Notes: generated by a model not told the origin, from the sequence alone. Counted from the first letter of the stretch, positions 23,698 through 32,532 are shown. The stretch: DNA of 37,725 bases from Gemmatimonadota bacterium (GCA_035550715.1 DASZOP010000102.1:1-37725), one strand, 5' to 3'. A program made the numbers and translations.

Positions 23698-25212
23698 TCA
23701 GGGAGCGCGTCCCTCCACGAGCTCGATGACCAGCCGGTCGATCGCCTCCTGGGCCTCTTCCTCGATTCCCGCGCCGGTCCCGTTGACGATCACGCTGAAC
23801 GCGTACTCGCGCCCCCGGGTCGTCGTCATGTAGCCCGACAAGGCGTAGACGTTCTCGATGAAGCCGGTCTTGGCGCGGACGCGGTCTTCGGCGGCCGTGC
23901 CCAGGTAGCGGCGCCTCAGGGAGCCCGTCCGGCCCGCGACCGGCAGCGAGGCCGCGAACACCCGCCCCCAGGGACGGCCGGCGGCCCGGGCGAGGAGGGT
24001 CGCCAGGCCGCGCGGGGTGGCCAGGTTCGTGCTGGCGAGTCCGGAGCCGTCCCTGAGCTCGAAGTCGAGCGTGTCGACGCCCAGTCGGTCGAGGGTCTCC
24101 CGCTCGACCGCCAGGCCGGCCTTCCACGATCCCTCGCCCCGGAGCTCCCGGCCGAGCGTCTTCAGGACCTGCTCGGCATGCCAGTTCTGGCTTCGCCCGT
24201 TGATCGACTCGACGACCATCGAGAGCGGCACGGAAACGTAGGTGGCCAAGGGGAGGGTGTCGCCGCGGGCCACCGGGGAGAGGGCGGGCGCGGAGATCGT
24301 GCGGGTCTCGCCTTCGACCTCGACCCCGCGCGCCTCCAGCACCTCGCGAAAGACCGTCCCCGCCCAGCGGGCCGGGTCGACGACCGCGAAGTACTCGATC
24401 CGGGGCTCGGCGTCCAAGGGGAGCGAGCCGTAGGCCACGATCCGGTTGGTCCCCGGATCCCGGGTCAGGTCGAACGTCCTGGCCGAGCCGGCCGGTCCGG
24501 TTCGGGCGCGATTCTCGAGCGAGTAAAAGGCGCTCACGGGCTCGCACGACAGGACGGGTGGATCACCGACCCTGGTGCCCGGCCGGATGTGGACGTCGAT
24601 GCTGTTGTCGTTGAACCCGAGCGCCCCGACCGGCGCCGCGTACCACCAGAGGAGGTCATAGGCGGCCCAGTCCCCGCGCGTCCGATCGTCGTCGAAGAAG
24701 CTCTCGTCGGCGATCAGGTCCCCCCGGACCCGCTCGACGCCGCGCGCGACCAGCGAATCCGCGAGGTGCTCGAAGATGGAGAGGATCCCGGGCGCGTGGC
24801 GGCCCGACAGGTTGGGATCCCCGCGGCCGTAGAGGACCAGGTCGCCTCGCAGCTCGCCGTCCTCGATCTCGCCCGTCCCGTAGAGGCTCGTCCGGAATGC
24901 GTAGTCGGGACCGAGACGCTCCAGGGCGGTCGCGCTCACCACGAGCTTCAGGTTGGAAGCCGGGACGAACCAGCGGTCGGCGTTGTGGAGGACGACCCAG
25001 CGCGACGCTTCCAGGTCGTAGACGGCGACCCCCCAGTGGGCCCGGCCGAGCCCGTCGTCCACGATGGCTTCGAGCCAGGCCGGCAGGGAGTCGGGTCCAT
25101 GGGCGGTCGCGGGAGCGCCCGGGACGGCGGAACCGACCGGCCGGGTGGCGGGGGCGAGCAGCCCCACCAGCGCCAGGCCGACCGTGATCCACGCGAGACC
25201 TGGCCGGGTCAC
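23698..25212 (-). CDS. dacB: D-alanyl-D-alanine carboxypeptidase/endopeptidase, PBP4 (peptidase S13), paralog 2
   Basis: SxxK motif SNLK and KTGF motif, and the protein aligns by eye along the whole length of paralog 1. The GTG start overlaps the upstream stop (GTGA at 25209-25212). Confidence 0.88.
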   Translation of the reverse strand: MTRPGLAWITVGLALVGLLAPATRPVGSAVPGAPATAHGPDSLPAWLEAIVDDGLGRAHWGVAVYDLEASRWVVLHNADRWFVPASNLKLVVSATALERLGPDYAFRTSLYGTGEIEDGELRGDLVLYGRGDPNLSGRHAPGILSIFEHLADSLVARGVERVRGDLIADESFFDDDRTRGDWAAYDLLWWYAAPVGALGFNDNSIDVHIRPGTRVGDPPVLSCEPVSAFYSLENRARTGPAGSARTFDLTRDPGTNRIVAYGSLPLDAEPRIEYFAVVDPARWAGTVFREVLEARGVEVEGETRTISAPALSPVARGDTLPLATYVSVPLSMVVESINGRSQNWHAEQVLKTLGRELRGEGSWKAGLAVERETLDRLGVDTLDFELRDGSGLASTNLATPRGLATLLARAAGRPWGRVFAASLPVAGRTGSLRRRYLGTAAEDRVRAKTGFIENVYALSGYMTTTRGREYAFSVIVNGTGAGIEEEAQEAIDRLVIELVEGRAP

Positions 25213-26168
25213 CGGTCCCTGCGCGCGCGGAGGGCGTAGTAGAGGAGCGGGATCGTGATCTCGTGATGGCCGGTCAGATGGATCCCCTCGCCCCCCTCGA
25301 GCACCGGCCGGCCGATCACGTTCACGGTGGGACGGTAGTGGCGGATCATGTCGAGATCGACGGCGGTGAAGGAGCGGATCGGCGGCCAGAGCCGGCGGGC
25401 CACGTTGAGCGCCTTCACGAATACCTCCGGAAGGACGACCGCCGACCCGAGATTGACCACCAGCCCTCCGCCGTCCAGGTCGCGCAGGCCGGCGGCCAGC
25501 ACGCGGAAGTCACGGTGGCTGGCCGAGCCCAGTGCCGCGCCGTCGCAGGCCGGGTGCTGGTGCACGATCTCGGCGCCGATTGCGACGTGGACGGTGAGCG
25601 GGACCTGGTGCCGGAAGGCCGCCGCCATCACGCTCGACTCGCCGTGCAGGACGGCGGGATCGCGCTCGACCAGCCATCGTCCCAGGGCTTCGCCCAGCCC
25701 GAGCTCTTCATGGACCGCCAGCGCGGCTGCCTCGGCCATCCAGCGTCCGGTCTCGTCGGCCAGCCCGAACGTGCCGTCGGCGAGGTTCCCGGCCACGTCC
25801 TCGGACGTCTCGCCGAAGCACGCGATCTCGAAGTCGTGGATCGCGGTCGCCCCGTTGAACGCCAGATGGGTCACCCACCCGCGCTCGACCAGGTCGATCA
25901 AGAACGGGGAGCAGCCGGTCTTGACGACGTGCCCGCCGACCAGGAGGACGACCGCCCGCGAGCCGTCCAGCGAGGCCGACCATCGTTCCACCACGCGGCG
26001 CAGGTCGGCCGCCGCCAGGACGTCGGGCAGGGCCGCGATCAACGGGGCGATGGCGGGCGCGGGATCCAGGATCTCACCGAACTGGCCGACCGAGACCTTG
26101 TTCTCGCGGGCGGAGAAGGGGATCGGCACGACCGATCCGAGGTCCGCCGCCTCGTAGCGTGACGTCAC
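25209..26168 (-). CDS. Deoxyhypusine-synthase-like (DHS-like NAD-binding fold) protein, function unknown
   Basis: VLLVGGHVVKTGCSPFLIDLVERGWVTHLAFNGATAIHDFE and LVVNLGSAVVLPEVF resemble the DHS-family pattern. This is recognition by eye only. GTG start at 26168. Confidence 0.4.
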   Translation of the reverse strand: MTSRYEAADLGSVVPIPFSARENKVSVGQFGEILDPAPAIAPLIAALPDVLAAADLRRVVERWSASLDGSRAVVLLVGGHVVKTGCSPFLIDLVERGWVTHLAFNGATAIHDFEIACFGETSEDVAGNLADGTFGLADETGRWMAEAAALAVHEELGLGEALGRWLVERDPAVLHGESSVMAAAFRHQVPLTVHVAIGAEIVHQHPACDGAALGSASHRDFRVLAAGLRDLDGGGLVVNLGSAVVLPEVFVKALNVARRLWPPIRSFTAVDLDMIRHYRPTVNVIGRPVLEGGEGIHLTGHHEITIPLLYYALRARRDR

Positions 26169-26231
26169 GGTCGCCGGGCTGGCCGGGGGTTCACGAGAGC
26201 GCGGCTCGCGCCGCGCGGGATCCGTGGGAGG

Positions 26232-26261
26232 AGTTTAGGGGCGGTGCGCGACGTCCGTCAA
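26232..26261 (-). promoter_or_regulatory. Candidate promoter TTGACG-N18-TAAACT for the DHS-like/PBP4 unit
   Basis: Reverse complement of 26256-26261 is TTGACG and of 26232-26237 is TAAACT, with an 18-nt spacer, in the 106-nt gap upstream of GTG 26168. Confidence 0.35.
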
Positions 26262-26274
26262 CGCGCCGGGCGCG

Positions 26275-27051
26275 CTAGCGGGTGGCCGAGGCCGTTCCGG
26301 GCTCGTAGCTCACCAGCTCGGCCTGGAAGTTCCCGAGCCCGACCTTGCTCGAGATCTTCACCGGCAGATGGCGGGCGTCCGTGGTCAGCCACAGGCGGTT
26401 GTCGCCGCCCTTCTTGAAGACGCCGCTGTCGGTCTCGAGGCCCAGCTCCACGACCCAGGTGTCGAACGTCCCCGCGGGGACCTTGACCCGCTCCCTCTTC
26501 ACCACCCGTACGGTGAGCGGGTTGTCGTCGGGATCGGCCTGGTTCCGGAGCGTGAACCTGCTCCCCTGATCGTAGGGGAGAAGCCGCAGATAATAGAACA
26601 TCGAAAGCTGGTCGACGGCGTTCGGACTCGTGGGCTTGACCTCGCCGTCGGCGTCGATGCGCACCTGGCGCGCCTGGTCGAAGGTGTACTCGCGGTCCCG
26701 CGGCTTGCCCTTCTCGACCGAGTCGCGCCGGTACTTCAGCGAGTGGAGCCGGACGGCGTCGAGCCACGCCTCTTCCCTGGACTCGATCTGGTAGACGTAG
26801 GAGACGGCGCGATTGCTTTCGACCTCGGACGCGAAGTGGTATGCCGGCCGGTCGCCGACGACGACCCGCTCGACGACGCGGAGTTCCATCGTGCCGGCGG
26901 GGACCGGTCCATAGGAGACCGCGAATTGGAGGGTCTCCCCCGGCTTGAACGCCGTTTCGCCGTCGTTGGCGACGCGGGTCTGGCCCGAGGCCGGCACGGC
27001 GGCGAAGAGCGCCGGGAGGGCGAAGGCAAGGGCGATCCTGGTACGGCTCAT
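26275..27051 (-). CDS. DUF3108-like secreted protein
   Basis: Signal peptide MSRTRIALAFALPALFAAVPASGQ. Overall pattern (FAVSYGPVPAGTMEL...AELVSY) is typical of DUF3108. An alternative TTG start lies at 27057. Confidence 0.6.
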   Translation of the reverse strand: MSRTRIALAFALPALFAAVPASGQTRVANDGETAFKPGETLQFAVSYGPVPAGTMELRVVERVVVGDRPAYHFASEVESNRAVSYVYQIESREEAWLDAVRLHSLKYRRDSVEKGKPRDREYTFDQARQVRIDADGEVKPTSPNAVDQLSMFYYLRLLPYDQGSRFTLRNQADPDDNPLTVRVVKRERVKVPAGTFDTWVVELGLETDSGVFKKGGDNRLWLTTDARHLPVKISSKVGLGNFQAELVSYEPGTASATR

Positions 27052-27058
27052 CGGCAAC

Positions 27059-27088
27059 GTTATACGATGCAGGACGGCGGTGTGTTCC
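27059..27088 (-). promoter_or_regulatory. Candidate promoter GGAACA-N18-TATAAC (leaderless start at ATG 27051)
   Basis: Reverse complement of 27083-27088 is GGAACA and of 27059-27064 is TATAAC, with an 18-nt spacer. Seven nt separate the -10 box from the ATG. It overlaps the hairpin GTTCCC/GGGAAC at 27085-27104. Confidence 0.3.
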
Positions 27089-27111
27089 CCTCTCTCAGGG
27101 AACGCGCGAGC

Positions 27112-27864
27112 TCACCTGGGTGGGGCAGCCACCCGGTCCACGCGGCCCGTCAGGCTCAGCTCGCTTCGGAGCGCCCGCTTGAGCCGATGACGCGAAGCGC
27201 GAGGCCGGATGTCGCAGCGGGTGGCGGCCTCCACCTCGACGATGGTGGGATGGAAGCGGGCGAGCCGGAGCAGGAGCTCGACGTTGGCCGCCGTGTCCCT
27301 GGACGTGATCAGCCCTTCCTGGTGGGCGGTCACCGCGCGCTTCAGCGTCCCCACGCGGTACGCCCTCAGGGTGGACGTGTAGTCGGTAACGCCCGGAATC
27401 GGCATGGTCGCCCGGAGGACCGAGGACGCGAGCCAGTCGCCGAACCGACGTCCGCGCGGCATCCCCTCCTCCTCACGTGCCGGCCGGGAGCGGGCCCCGA
27501 TCACGAGGTCGGCGCCGGCCTCGATCTCGCGGATCATCTGCGGCACGGCGTCGGGGTTGAACGAGAAGTCCGCCTCGACCAGGACGGCGACGTCGCTCTC
27601 GGGATGGTGCGACAGGCGGACCGCCTCCCTGAGCAGCCGGTCCAGGCTCGGACCGAACCCCTCGTTGCGGGCATGGCGGAGGAGCTTGATCGGCACGAGC
27701 CGGCGGTACGCCTCGGCCACCCTCCCTGTCCCGTCGGTCGATCCGTCGTCGAGGACGACCGCCAGATACTCCTGCCGGACGCCCGCCATGACCTGGCGCA
27801 GCTTGTAGAGGAGGAGACCGAGCGTTCCCTGCTCCTCGAAGGCCGGGACGAGGAAGAAGACCAT
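27112..27864 (-). CDS. Family-2 glycosyltransferase (polyprenyl-phosphate sugar synthase-like)
   Basis: MVFFLVPAFEEQGTLG and AVVLDDGSTDGT are GT2 hallmarks. 250 aa. Confidence 0.8.
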   Translation of the reverse strand: MVFFLVPAFEEQGTLGLLLYKLRQVMAGVRQEYLAVVLDDGSTDGTGRVAEAYRRLVPIKLLRHARNEGFGPSLDRLLREAVRLSHHPESDVAVLVEADFSFNPDAVPQMIREIEAGADLVIGARSRPAREEEGMPRGRRFGDWLASSVLRATMPIPGVTDYTSTLRAYRVGTLKRAVTAHQEGLITSRDTAANVELLLRLARFHPTIVEVEAATRCDIRPRASRHRLKRALRSELSLTGRVDRVAAPPR

Positions 27865-27945
27865 GACCCGGAAAATAACGGGGAGGGCCGCCGGCGACGA
27901 ACCCCAGGCCGCGGAGCCGTTGGCCGGTCCGGCGGTGGGTCGGGG

Positions 27946-27999
27946 TTGACACAGGGTCCCCGAGTATGCTAAAAACGTAGCAGTGCTAGAAACGCAGCA
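27946..27999 (+). promoter_or_regulatory. Candidate promoter TTGACA-N18-TAAAAA with a BlaI-type operator
   Basis: TTGACA lies at 27946-27951 and TAAAAA at 27970-27975. The palindrome TAGCAgTGCTA is at 27978-27988. Direct repeats AAACGTAGCA (27973-27982) and AAACGCAGCA (27990-27999) flank it. Confidence 0.45.
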
Positions 28000-28029
28000 C
28001 CGCCGAAACACGCCACCCGTGAGGTCGAG

Positions 28030-28419
28030 ATGAAGAGGGCTCCGCACGTCGATCTGAGCCGCCGGGAGCGGCAGATCATGGACATCGTATACGAGAGGGG
28101 GGAGGTCACGGCGGCCGACGTCCAGCGGCGCCTGCCCGATCCCCCCGGCTACAGCGCCGTCCGCGCCATGCTTCGGGTGCTCGAGGGGAAGGGGCACCTT
28201 GAACACCGTCAGGACGGACCGCGTTACCAGTACCGGGCCACGGTTCCCGTCGAGGCGGCCCGTCGCTCGGCCGCGAAGCGGGTGCTGAAGACGTTCTTCG
28301 ACAACTCCCTGGAGGAGGCCGTGGCCACGCTCCTGGACGTGTCGGCCGCCAACCTGTCGAAGAAGGAGCTGGACCGCCTCGCCCGCATGATCGAGGACGC
28401 CCGGAAGGAGGGTCGGTGA
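28030..28419 (+). CDS. BlaI/MecI/CopY-family winged-helix transcriptional repressor
   Basis: LSRRERQIMDIVYERGEVTAADVQRRLPDPPGYSAVRAMLRVLEGKGHLEH is typical of the family. 129 aa. Confidence 0.88.
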   Translation: MKRAPHVDLSRRERQIMDIVYERGEVTAADVQRRLPDPPGYSAVRAMLRVLEGKGHLEHRQDGPRYQYRATVPVEAARRSAAKRVLKTFFDNSLEEAVATLLDVSAANLSKKELDRLARMIEDARKEGR

Positions 28420-29855
28420 GAATGGAGCCCTTCCTGTTGGACATGGCGCTCAAGGGGGCGGTCGTGCTGGCCCTGACGGGCGCCCTCGCGGCGGGGGCCC
28501 GGTCCGCCTCGGCGGCGACCCGCCACCTCGTCTGGTCGATCGGGCTCGGCGCCGCCCTTGCCCTGCCCTTCCTCCAGTGGCTGCTTCCGGAATGGAGTTG
28601 GGCGGTCCTGCCGGCGACGGGGCGGCTGGTCGGCTTCGATCCCCCGCCCGCCGCGGCCGCCGAGCCCGGCGTCGAGAGGACCCTCGTCTGGCTGTGGGGG
28701 ATCGGGATCGTGGCGACCCTGATCGGCTTTCTCGTCGGGCGCGCCCGCGTCCGCTGGATCTCCCGCCACGCTACCCCGGTGGATCATGGGCCATGGTCAG
28801 CGCTTCTCCTCCAGGTCTCCGGCGAGATCGGCCTCTCGCGCCGGGTGCGCCTCCTCCAGGCCCCGGAAACCACGCTGCCGATGATGTGGGGGATTCTACG
28901 GCCGACGATCCTGATCCCGCGCGAAGCGAACGGTTGGAGCCCCGCCCTCCGCCGTGAGGTCATGCTGCACGAGCTGGCGCACGTCCAGCGGCACGACTAC
29001 CTGACCCAGACGATCGCCCGGCTGGCGTGCGCGCTCCACTGGTTCGATCCGCTGGCGTGGGTGGCCGCGCGCCGGATGCGGCTCGAGCGCGAGCGGGCCT
29101 GCGACGATCGTGTGCTCGACGGCGGCTCGTCGCCCTGCGAGTATGCCGAGCACCTGCTGGCGGTGGCCCGCTGGAGCTCGACCGGCGTCCGGGCCGGGGC
29201 CCTCGGCATGGCGGGCAGCTCGCCCCTGGGCGACCGGCTCAAGGCGGTGCTCGAGGCCGGCCGGAGCCGACGGCGGGTCTCCCCCAGGGCCGCCCTGGGA
29301 CACACCGCACTGGCGGCGTTCCTCGTGGTCCCGCTGGCGGTTCTGCACCCCGAGTCGGCGCCGCGTCTCGCGGATGCGGGCGATCCGGGAAGCGTGCTCC
29401 CGATTCCGCCGAGCGCGAGCGCCGGCCTGCGGGGCGCAGGGGGGTCTCGTCCCCCGCGGGCAGTGATCCAGGAGGGCGCGGCGTCGGCGGTCGAGGAGGT
29501 ACCCGGCTCCGCCATCGAGGACGCCGCTCCGTTCGCCGCCGAGTTGGCCGCTCCGCGCACGGTTAGGGCGCGGGCGCGCGTCACGGCGCGGGAGCGATGG
29601 ACGACCGCCCGCCGCGCCATCCGGGCCGAGCGTGACCGTAGCCGCCCACCCGTCGTCGCCGTCTCCCATGCGGCCGGCGTCCGGGTCCCGGCGACCGTCC
29701 GGCTCGAGATGCGGGCGGATACGCGGGTCCGCAGCACGGCGGGAAAGCCGATCTGCGCGAAGTCGCAGAAGGGGACATCGGGAGACGAACCCACCCCGAT
29801 CGTCCCCAGCCGGACTACCCTCGCCGCGGTTTCGCGACCGATCGTGACCCCTTGA
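28416..29855 (+). CDS. M56-family (BlaR1/MecR1-like) membrane metalloprotease sensor with an unrecognised C-terminal region
   Basis: HELAH at 28968-28982, followed by RHDY...ERACD. Four or more transmembrane helices. The GTG overlaps the blaI-like stop (GTGA). The C-terminal roughly 170 aa is Ala/Arg/Pro-rich, but GC3 supports it being coding. Confidence 0.85.
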   Translation: MRMEPFLLDMALKGAVVLALTGALAAGARSASAATRHLVWSIGLGAALALPFLQWLLPEWSWAVLPATGRLVGFDPPPAAAAEPGVERTLVWLWGIGIVATLIGFLVGRARVRWISRHATPVDHGPWSALLLQVSGEIGLSRRVRLLQAPETTLPMMWGILRPTILIPREANGWSPALRREVMLHELAHVQRHDYLTQTIARLACALHWFDPLAWVAARRMRLERERACDDRVLDGGSSPCEYAEHLLAVARWSSTGVRAGALGMAGSSPLGDRLKAVLEAGRSRRRVSPRAALGHTALAAFLVVPLAVLHPESAPRLADAGDPGSVLPIPPSASAGLRGAGGSRPPRAVIQEGAASAVEEVPGSAIEDAAPFAAELAAPRTVRARARVTARERWTTARRAIRAERDRSRPPVVAVSHAAGVRVPATVRLEMRADTRVRSTAGKPICAKSQKGTSGDEPTPIVPSRTTLAAVSRPIVTP

Positions 29856-29874
29856 AGGAACGAGCTCGGCCGCG

Positions 29875-32532
29875 ATGACCGGCAGGCTGGCCGGCCTCCT
29901 CTTCGCTCTCGGGCTCTCAGGGATGTCCAATCCGGCGGCGGGGCAGCCGAATCCGAGCGGTGCCGACGGCGCCGATCCGGAGATCCGCCGGGCCGAGGCC
30001 GTCCAGGTGAGGACCGGTTCGGTGGACGTCGACGGCCGCCTCGACGACGAGGCGTGGAATACGGCCCGCTGGATCACCGACTTCGTTCAGAAGGATCCCG
30101 ACGAGGGAGCGCCGGCCAGCGTGGCGACCGAGGTCGCCTTCCTCTACGACGAGTCGGCCCTCTACGTGGCCGGGCGAATGAAGGGCTCCGATCGGGCCGG
30201 CCTCGCCGATCTCATCACACGGCGGGATGATCCGGGCCGTGCCGAGCGGCTGATCGTCTCGCTCGACACGTTCCACGACCGCCGGACGGCCTACAGCTTC
30301 GCGGTCACCGCGGCCGGCGTACGGGTCGATTACTTTCATCCCCTCGACCACGAGCTCGAGCGCGACTTCACCTTCGATCCGGTGTGGTCGGCCCGCACCC
30401 AGGTCACCGCGGACGGCTGGACCGCCGAGATGCGGATCCCCTTCTCGCAGCTCCGGTTCAATCCCGGCGCGGAGCTCCTGTGGGGCGTAAACGTCAACCG
30501 CTACGTTCCGACGATCAACGAGGACGACTTCTGGATCGTGGTGCCGCGCGACCAGGCCGGGTGGGCCTCGCGGTTCGGCGAGCTGGTCGGGATCCGGGAC
30601 GTCCCGGGCACGCGCCGGATCGAGGTGATCCCGTACGTGGCGAGCTCGGCCCGGATCCGGTCGGAGGGAATCTTCGACGAGGGCGATCCCTTTACCGACC
30701 GGACGGAAGGGGAGTTGCGGACGGGAGTCGATTTCCGGATGGGGCTCGGCCCCAACCTGACCCTGGACGCCACCGTGAACCCCGACTTCGGTCAGGTCGA
30801 GGCCGATCCGGCGGAGGTCAACCTGACCGCCTTCGAGACCGTGTTCGAGGAGCGCCGGCCGTTCTTCACGCAGGGGCAGCAGAACTTCGCGGGGTACGGC
30901 CCCGAGTACTACTACTCGCGACGGGTGGGCGCGCAGCCGCACCTGACGGTGACGGGCGATTTCGTGGACACCCCGAAGACGACCACGATCCTCGGGGCGG
31001 CCAAGGTCACCGGCCGGCTCCCCTCCGGGCTGACGGTCGGCGCCCTGGCGGGGGTAACGGACGACGAGCGGGCGCGGACGTTCGACGTCGAGTCGGGCGA
31101 AGTCGAGGAGACTGTGGTCGAGCCCCTGACCGAGTACGGCGTCCTCCGGCTACAGCAGCAGATTGGCGAGAACGCGTCCACCCTGGGCCTCACCCTTACC
31201 GCCATGAACCGGGACTTCGCCGAAGCCGAGGAGCTGACCGCCCGGGTGCCGGAGCACGCCTTCGCGGGCGGGCTCGACTGGAACCGACGGTTCGACGACG
31301 GCTGGTACGAGATCCTGGGCCACGTGGGGTTCAGCCACGTCGCCGGGGACACGGCGGCGATCGCGCGGATCCAGCGGAGCAGCGCGCACTTCTTCCAGCG
31401 CCCGGACGCCGACCACATCGAGCTGGATCCGACGCGGACGTCCCTCTCGGGCTGGTCGGCCGCCCTCCGCGGCGGGAAGCGGAGCGGCACCTGGCGCTGG
31501 AACCATGGCGTCTGGATGGACTCGCCCGGATTCGAGCTCAACGACGTCGGGATCCAGACCCGGTCCGACGACGTCGCGGGCTGGCTCGAGCTCTACTATC
31601 ACGACACCCAGCCGGGCAAGGTCTTCCGCAACTGGTTCGCGGGGATTCTCAACGAGAATCACTGGAACTTCGGCGGCGAGCGGCGGTTCTCGAACCTGAT
31701 GCTGTATTCCGAGTGGACGCTGCTCAACTTCGTGAATGGCTGGCTCGAGACCGGACGCGACTTCCGGAGCCTCCATGACGAGCTGACCCGCGGCGGGCCG
31801 CTCATGGAGTACCCGACCGGCTGGTGGGTCGCCGGAGGCGTGTTCAGCAACTACAACAGCCGGAACCGGATCGGCACGCGGGCAGGGGGCTGGCGCGACG
31901 AGCAAGGCGGCTGGGAATACCGGATCGATCCGGAGCTCCACGTCCAGGCGACCGAGCGGCTCGGCCTCTCGCTCACCCCGCGCTGGATCCGGACGCGCGA
32001 GGCACGGCAGTTCATCGACTCGTTCGACGGCGGCCGGGACGTCACGTTCGGCCGTCGTTACGTCTTCGGGATCATCGACAAGAGCGAGATCGCCGCCCAG
32101 ATCCGCGCCAACTACGCCTTCTCCCCCGACCTCAACCTGGAGCTGTACGCCGAGCCGTTCGCCTCGAGCGGGCGCTACGCGCGGATCGGCGAGCTGGCCG
32201 CCCCGCGCACCCGCGACCTGGTGGTCTACGGCGGTGCCGGCACCGGCACCGGCCTCATGCGCGATACCGAGAACGGTGACTACACGGTGTCGGTGGACGG
32301 CACCACCTTCGAGATCGAGAACCCCGACTTCGACGTCCTTTCCTTCCGCTCCAACCTCGTCCTCCGCTGGGAGTGGCGTCCCGGATCGACCCTGTTCGTC
32401 GTCTGGCAGCAGAACCGCTCCGAGAACGAGGAGCGGGGGCGGCTGGTCGGCCCCGGGAAGCTCGTGGAAAGCTTCGGCGCGGACGGCGAGAACGTACTGG
32501 CGCTCAAGTTCACCTACTGGCTGCCGCTGTAG
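29875..32532 (+). CDS. CBM9-like + DUF5916-type large outer-membrane/secreted protein
   Basis: Signal peptide LLFALGLSGMSNPAAGQ. The N-terminal VDGRLDDEAWNTARWITDFVQKDPDEGAP...LYVAGRM...VSLDTFHDRRTAYSF matches the CBM9/DUF5916 pattern. The rest is beta-rich. Confidence 0.7.
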   Translation: MTGRLAGLLFALGLSGMSNPAAGQPNPSGADGADPEIRRAEAVQVRTGSVDVDGRLDDEAWNTARWITDFVQKDPDEGAPASVATEVAFLYDESALYVAGRMKGSDRAGLADLITRRDDPGRAERLIVSLDTFHDRRTAYSFAVTAAGVRVDYFHPLDHELERDFTFDPVWSARTQVTADGWTAEMRIPFSQLRFNPGAELLWGVNVNRYVPTINEDDFWIVVPRDQAGWASRFGELVGIRDVPGTRRIEVIPYVASSARIRSEGIFDEGDPFTDRTEGELRTGVDFRMGLGPNLTLDATVNPDFGQVEADPAEVNLTAFETVFEERRPFFTQGQQNFAGYGPEYYYSRRVGAQPHLTVTGDFVDTPKTTTILGAAKVTGRLPSGLTVGALAGVTDDERARTFDVESGEVEETVVEPLTEYGVLRLQQQIGENASTLGLTLTAMNRDFAEAEELTARVPEHAFAGGLDWNRRFDDGWYEILGHVGFSHVAGDTAAIARIQRSSAHFFQRPDADHIELDPTRTSLSGWSAALRGGKRSGTWRWNHGVWMDSPGFELNDVGIQTRSDDVAGWLELYYHDTQPGKVFRNWFAGILNENHWNFGGERRFSNLMLYSEWTLLNFVNGWLETGRDFRSLHDELTRGGPLMEYPTGWWVAGGVFSNYNSRNRIGTRAGGWRDEQGGWEYRIDPELHVQATERLGLSLTPRWIRTREARQFIDSFDGGRDVTFGRRYVFGIIDKSEIAAQIRANYAFSPDLNLELYAEPFASSGRYARIGELAAPRTRDLVVYGGAGTGTGLMRDTENGDYTVSVDGTTFEIENPDFDVLSFRSNLVLRWEWRPGSTLFVVWQQNRSENEERGRLVGPGKLVESFGADGENVLALKFTYWLPL

